NCBI RefSeq assembly: GCF_009914755.1
Contig: NC_060945.1
Length of the DNA: 64,000 nucleotides
Direction: 5' to 3' (one strand)
From: the human T2T-CHM13v2.0 reference genome, Homo sapiens
The notes under the pieces are model-generated. The model worked only from the letters and a program-made list of their open reading frames with translations, ran no database searches and was not told where the DNA came from. Below are positions 57,523 to 64,000 of the stretch, one piece after another (the stretch's first letter is position 1; every line of letters starts with the position of its first letter). A program made the translations under genes and the position numbers.

Positions 57523-58495
57523 ATATCTCTATATACAAACAAGATATTTGCATTTGACTGGCTTATATAAGCTCTCAACTTCATTTCAAGAAGGCTTTTT
57601 TTTTGGCCGTGTATTTATCTCTAGTTTGCTTCTTAGTGTTTGAGTGCAAACTGATTCTTATAATAATTTAGTCAATACATAATAAGAAAGTATACATGTA
57701 CTAAGCAAGTGATAAAGACAAGATTTGGGGATTATGTGCTCTCTCATGATATCTGTATATTTCAACCTTTGGAGGGGATGTGGAGACTGAAATATTATAT
57801 ATTAATTCATCAATATAATGGCAAATTTTTGTGATGTTCAAATGCTCTTGAGTAGATTCACAAATTCCACTTTTCTATCCTGTAACCCATGCAGAAGTCA
57901 AAGTAAGATTTTGGCAATGTTTATGAAATGAATGTGCGTGTGTGTGTATGTGTGTATACACTTGAATGTATATATACATATACATATATGTTCAAGTATA
58001 TCAAATACATATACATATATACATTCAAATATATATGTATTTGAGACATATATATATCAAATCAATATAATGTGTATGTGTGTACATGCTTGCACATATA
58101 TAGACAATTTGAGGAACCATAAGAACGTAAAAGATTAATACAATAATGCTTATTTTTTTCCTGACTTCAAAGCATTTTTTTCCATTAGTACTTTTTCTCT
58201 CTAATTTCCCTTTCCAAATAAGAAAAGAGAACCCGAAAAACAGGAGTATTTTGTTTGAATTCATGGTGAGAAGAAAACCAAACATTGTTTTTTTCCATAA
58301 TTTTTGCAAAGGTTTCTAAGGGATTTTAGTGGGGACCTCTTCCTTGAATAGAATTGCCCAGGATGGAATTCCATCCTGCCATTGTTGCTGCCAAACCCAT
58401 TCAGGGGAACTTGATGTTGTGAGAGTTCCAGACTCTTTCATTTTCCATCTTACACTGTCTCTCATGTCCTAAAATAGTATGTTTTGGCAAAAACT

Positions 58496-58557
58496 GATTT
58501 GGATTCCAATGTATTTGGAATTGATCTTTGGATTTGGATTCCAATATGTTTGGAATT
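58496..58557. repeat. 27-bp near-perfect direct duplication (period 35)
   Basis: gatttggattccaatgtatttggaatt / gatttggattccaatatgtttggaatt. Confidence 0.9.
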
Positions 58558-59245
58558 TATTAGGTTTGTTTTAATGATTTGAATGAAATTGAACCTCGTT
58601 GGTAGCAAACAATGCAGTGCTTTGATCATATTAATTCTGAGGCTGATCTTAAGTAGGGATAGTTTAAGCTCATTTTGGTTAAATCAGTTCATGGTCAAAT
58701 TAACTAATCTTCTTAACAAATATTTACAGAGCACTAACTATATTCATTAGTGTTGAGTGTTGTTAAGATGAACGGAAATATAAAAAGGTTTCCAACCTTC
58801 ATGGTTTGTATTTTATGTTGAGAAATAAGATTAAATCTTTGAAAAGTTAACCAATTTAAGGTCTTACATACATAAATACTAAATGAGTGTTAGAGTGTAC
58901 AAGTTCTTTGGAAATTCAAAGACCTGGAATTTGTGTGAACCCTCTGATTTTGTTAACTAGGTAGTACCAGCACCGCTTTCTAATGGGAGAAAAGTCTCAA
59001 GATGAATTTGCCCTCAGGTACATTCTGAGCAGATGGAAGTTGAAAAGCAATGAAAGTAAATGAAAAAATTGAACTATTTTCACTTAATAAAGAGAAGATA
59101 AAACTGGAGCAATAGGGAAATTGCGGTAAATTTTACTATTACAACAAGAAAATCCTTCCCTTCAGAAGACACCAGTGCAACAATATAGGCTGATCTTAAG
59201 TTAGAAGCATTTAATTTCATATAGGCATTTCTGCTGGGAAGACTG

Positions 59246-59608
59246 GGTATAAGTCCATTTTCATGCTGCTGATAAAGACATACCCGATACTGACAATTTA
59301 CAAAAGCATGAGGTTTAATAGACTTACAATTCCACATGGCTGGGGAGGCCTCACAATCATGGCAGAAGGCAAGAAGGAGCAAGTCACATCTTATATGGAT
59401 GGTGGCAGGCAAAGAGAGAGCTTGTACAGGAAAACTCCTGTTTTTAAAACCATCAGATCTCATGAGACTCATTCGCTATCACGAGAACAGCACAGGAAAG
59501 ACCCACCCCATAATTCAATCACCTCCCGGTTACTCCCGTAACAGGTGGGAATTGTGGGAGTTACAATTCAAGATGAAATTTGGGTGGGGACAAAGCCAAA
59601 CCAAATCA
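59246..59608 (-). mobile_element. THE1B-like MaLR solo LTR
   Basis: ttttcatgctgctgataaagacataccc...ggggaggcctcacaatcatggcagaaggc...tacaattcaagatga...agccaaaccaaatca. Confidence 0.93.
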
Positions 59609-60409
59609 GCCAGAATTACCTTTAAAGAGGATATTGATTTACTTGAAATAAAATTACCAAGTTTATATCATGTAAGAATTAAGAGCAAATATTCATTTGT
59701 AATCCTAAAAATCAGTCACAGAATTGAATGCTTATATTTCAAGAAAAATGAATATTAATAAATATCAAGATAGTAAAAAAATCTTAAGTCCAGAACTTGA
59801 ATAAAATGTTAACCCAATGACCCTTAAATATTCCTTTTTTTTAAGGTACTATATATAAAATATAATAAAAATGATCTGGTTGAGAAATATTGGTCTGGAA
59901 AATTAAGATAGATTAAAACTTCTTTCCCAGCCTCTAGTTATTGCAAAGATTCACCCTGATTGCCTAAGGAAGAACATTCTCTCACACTATGGCTAGAAGA
60001 GAAGTGAAAGGAAATTAAAAATAATTACAAAATCAATCACTAGGAAAGATTTAATTGTGGACAAAATAATGAGAAAATAACACAAATTAATGATTAGAAG
60101 GTAATTGGTGAGTTTTAATGTTTTATTGGGCTCTGGATTCTAAACCTTTTCTAAAACCTAAGTCAATTGAACTGGTTGAAGAACAAATGCCTTAAGATAA
60201 AAACAATTTTTATATTTAAAACCTACCATTGATTTCACAATAAAGTGCCATATAGCAGGAATATGATTAGCTAAACAAACATATATTGGCTGAAAAAAGT
60301 TAATTTTGATCAAATTTTGATCATTCTGTTGTCAGTGTCCATGCTCTGCATACTCAGCCTTCAAATGAAATGTTGATCATCTCCAAAATTTAGGTAACAG
60401 GACACCATC

Positions 60410-60782
60410 TGATGTGGTTTGAGTTTGCATTCCCACCTAAATCTTATATTTAATTGTGATCCTCAGTGTTGGAGGAGGGCCCTGCTGGGAGGTGACTGCA
60501 TCGTGGGGGTAGTTTCCAATGGTTCAGCAGCATCCCCCTAGTGGCTGCTCATTTAGAAGTGTGTGGCACTTCCCCATTTACTCTGTCTCTTCCTCCTGCT
60601 TCAGTCACGTAGGATGTGCCAGCTTCTTCTTCATCTTCCTCCATGATTGTAAGTTTCCTGAGGCCTCCACAGACAGGCTTCCTGTACAGCCTGTGGAATG
60701 CTGAGCCAATTGAACCTCTTTTCTTCATAACTTACCCAGTCTTAGGTAGTTCTTTATAGCAATATGAGCACGGACTAATACA
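60410..60782 (+). mobile_element. MSTA-like MaLR solo LTR
   Basis: tgatgtggtttg...ccatgattgtaagtttcctgaggcctcc...ggactaataca; perfect 5-bp TSD ccatc (60405-60409, 60783-60787). Confidence 0.93.
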
Positions 60783-61831
60783 CCATCTAACCTATAGAAT
60801 GATTCATTTGTTTCTTCATAGGCTACTTGGATCTAGGTGATAATTTGGAATGCTATTCATCTCTGATTTGAAAATGATTTGGGTTGCTTGTAATTGGTCA
60901 TTTCCTAACTCACTTACTTCCTGGTTCTCATGCACAAAGCCAAGAAATATCCATCTATGTAGTCAGAGTAATTCTTTGGGTCTTAGAATCAGACTTAAAA
61001 ATCAATGAGAATAGACTTATAGATATTTACAATCCTATTTGCAAGTCTCCATCATTTTATAGGTAAAACCTAAATTCTTCCTTTTAAAATTTCATATAGT
61101 TCCTTTTTATTCTGTTCTTAATGGAGAATATATTATATATGTTTAAGTAAATCCGATGCTTTTCTTTTTTCCATCAAAGAAGTCCAAAATTCATCTTTTT
61201 TGTCTTTGTTGATTTCTGTTTCCCAAGTTCTCAGAATGCAGCTTAAATGAAAAGCACCAAGAAAGGATGATTTAACAGCTTAGACAAATTTGTATTTAAG
61301 AGCAGATGAATCTGGGAGGGGTTGGATTCCTTAGAACAGGAGTTCTTGTGGGAGTATTTGTAGGGTGGGTGAGGTGCTGCAGCAGAAATAGGATGAATAT
61401 TTTCAAGAAGCTGTCCAACCCTCTCTTCCTGCCCTTTATAGCCAACCAAAAAGTGAAAGATTACTTCCTCAGGTAATGTGCTCTGACTCCATAGACTAGG
61501 CCATGTCTCCCCGTTAAAGCGCTCACAGCTCCCTGTATGACATTTCTCAATGATGCCTACATTATGTTTCATTCTCCTTTACTGACAGGGAAAGTATTAA
61601 TTGGTATGTGGGTTAAACACGGTAAAAAATAATGATGATAGTGATTACATTTGTGAAAAATCTTAAAGCATATTATGGATCAGCGAAACACCAATATATT
61701 AGAATCTCTCTCTTTCTCTATTTGTATCTCTAGCTCTTTAAATGATTGTATTATAAGCAGTTCACCCTTTCGGTGATTACTAGAAATACAGCTTCCCCTT
61801 CACCAGGAAGGAAAATATGTTCTGCTGCACA

Positions 61832-61832
<1 letters not shown>

Positions 61833-61874
<42 letters not shown>
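61833..61874. repeat. (AC)21 microsatellite
   Basis: Perfect dinucleotide run. Confidence 0.97.
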
Positions 61875-61877
<3 letters not shown>

Positions 61878-62280
61878 TTTTGCCAGTGGATTCTCCCACA
61901 AGGACAAGTGTAGCTGACTACATTTCAGGGAATTACATGGGGAGAGTAAGTGAGGAAGTGAAAGAAGGGAAGAGGGGACACGTAGCTGTGTGTTCATCTA
62001 GACCCACCTAAAGTTCCATTTTATCATTCGAAAAAAAAGGGTGTGGCTAAGAGATGGGCATAATTAATAAACTGTTTTAGTCTTTTGGCCATTTTAAATG
62101 AAACAATTCATGTAATATTTAATATTCTTGTTATTGAAATTATATTACTGTATGTTTTTATATAGTTCTTACAATTGTAATATGTTTCTAAATAGCTTGT
62201 GTAATATTGACTAAATTCAATTATTTTAAGTCCACCTTTTAAAAACATGCTATTTGTTTTGTTTTATCTTGGTGTACCAC

Positions 62281-62649
62281 TGATGTTGTTTGGCTCTGTG
62301 TTCCCATCCAAATCTCATCTTGTAACTCCCCTAATTCCCACATGTTGTGGGAAGAACTCAGTAGGAGATGACTGAATCATAGGAGTGGGTCTTTCCCGTG
62401 CTTTTCTTGTGATAGTCAATGGGCTTCAGGACATCTGATGGCTTTAAACATGGGAGTTTGCCTGCACAAGCTCTCTTTTTGCTTGCCACCATCCACATAA
62501 GCTGTGACTTGCTCCTCTGTGCCTTCCACCATGATTGTGAGGCTTCCCCAGTGATGTGGAGCTGTGAGTTCTCCATTAAACCTCTTTCTTTTGTAAATTG
62601 CCCAGTCTTGGGTATGTCTTTATCATCAGCATGAAAATGGACTAATACA
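62281..62649 (+). mobile_element. THE1B-like 5' LTR
   Basis: tgatgttgtttggctctgtg...ccatgattgtgaggcttcccca...ATTAAA 62575...ggactaataca. Confidence 0.95.
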
Positions 62650-64000
62650 GTAAACTAGTACCAGTAGAGTGGGGAGTTGCTGAAAAGATACCAGAAAATG
62701 TGGATGTGACTTTGGAACTAAGTAACAGGCAAAGGTTGGAACAGTTTAGAGAGATGAGAAGAAGACAGGAAAATGTAGGAAAGTTTGGAACTCCTAGAGA
62801 CTTGTTGAATAGCTTTGACCAAAATACTGATAATAGTATGGTCAATGAAATCCAGGCTGAAGTGGTCTCAGATGGAGATGAGGAATGTGTTGGGAACTGG
62901 AACAAAGGTGACACTTGTTATGTTGTAGCGAAGAGACTGGCAGCATTTTGCCCCTGCCCTAGAGATTTGTGGAACTTTGAACTTGAGAGAGATGATTTAG
63001 GGTATCTGGCAGAAGAAATTTCTAAGCAGCAAAGGATTCAAGAGGTGACTAGAGTGCTATTAAAGGCAATCAGTTTTATAAGGGAAGAAGAGCATAAAAC
63101 TGGAAAATTTGAAGCCTGACAATGCGATGGAAAAGAAAATCCCATGTTTTTGAGGAGAAATTCAAGTTAGCTGCAGAAATTTGCATAAGTAATGAGGACC
63201 CAAATGTTAATCCCCAAGACAATGGGGAAAATATCTCCAAGGCATGTCAGAGGTCTTCATGGCAGCCCCTCCCATCACAGGCCTGGAGGCCTAGGAGGAA
63301 AAAGTGGTTTCATGGGTCTTGCCCAGGGTCCCTGTGCTGTGTGCAGCCTAGGGACTTTATGCCACTCTAGCTAAAATGGGCCAAGGTACAGCTCAGGCTG
63401 TTGCTTCAGCTGGTGGAAGCCCCAAGCCTTGGCAGCTTCCATGTGGTTTTGATCCTGCGTGTGTGGAGAAGTCAAGAATTGAGGTTTGGGAACTTCCACC
63501 TTGATTTCAGAAGATGTATGGAAATGCCTGGATGCCCAGGAAGTTTGCTGCAAGGGCAGGGCCCTCATGGAGAATCTCTGCTAGGGCAGTGAGGAAGGGA
63601 AATGTGGGGTTGGAGCCCCCACACAGAGTCCCTACTGGGGCACTGCCTAATGGAGCTGTGAGAAGAGGGCCACCATCCTCCAGACCCCAGAATCGTAGAT
63701 CCACTGACAGCTTGCACTGTGTGCCTGGAAAAGCCACAGACACTCAACACCAGCTTGTGAAAGCAGCCAGGAGGGAGGCTGTACCCTGCAAAGCCACAGG
63801 GGCAGAGCTCTCCAAGACTATGGGAACCTAGGTCTTGCATCAGTGTGACATGGATGTGAGTCATGGAGTCAAGGGAGATCATTTTGGAGCTTTAAGATTT
63901 GACTACCATGCTAGATTTTGGACTCACATGGGACCCGTAGCCCCTTTATTTTGGCCAATTTCTCCCATTTGGAACAGCTGTATTTACCCAAAGCCTGTAC
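62650..64000 (+). mobile_element. THE1 internal region (MaLR-int), runs off window end
   Basis: gtaaactagtaccagtagagtgggg start; broken MaLR ORF remnants (62700-63119 ...CPCPRDLWNFELERDDLGYLAEEISKQQ; 63514-63831 MYGNAWMPR...). Confidence 0.95.

Noticed and set aside
62700-63882. ORF cluster at window end as a host gene
   Set aside because: All lie in the THE1 internal region and are broken MaLR ORF remnants.

Overview
AT-rich primate (very likely human) nuclear DNA, almost entirely non-coding. A large share is interspersed repeat: about 14 Alu/FAM/FLAM SINEs, two 5'-truncated young L1PA copies nested in older L1M copies, near full-length Tigger2 and Tigger3b DNA transposons, MER21/MLT1/MSTA/THE1B LTR elements, MIR/L2 remnants and microsatellites. 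No intact protein-coding gene is visible. The longer ORFs in the track are decayed L1 ORF2, Tigger transposase, MaLR-internal, Alu or low-complexity frames. The only convincing host-gene feature is a non-CpG-island promoter and probable alternative first exon on the + strand (~18.5-19.16 kb), ending at a TAG|GTAAGG donor. The L1 insertions lie on the - strand, consistent with the window being intronic in a large + strand gene. I found no evidence of a novel biological system. The most unusual sequence-level observations are a ~60-bp inverted templated duplication inside an ancient L1, an ATG-initiated frame crossing the first-exon donor, and inverted Alu/THE1B clusters. Repeat subfamily names come from recalled consensus motifs, not a RepeatMasker run, and ancient-repeat boundaries are approximate.
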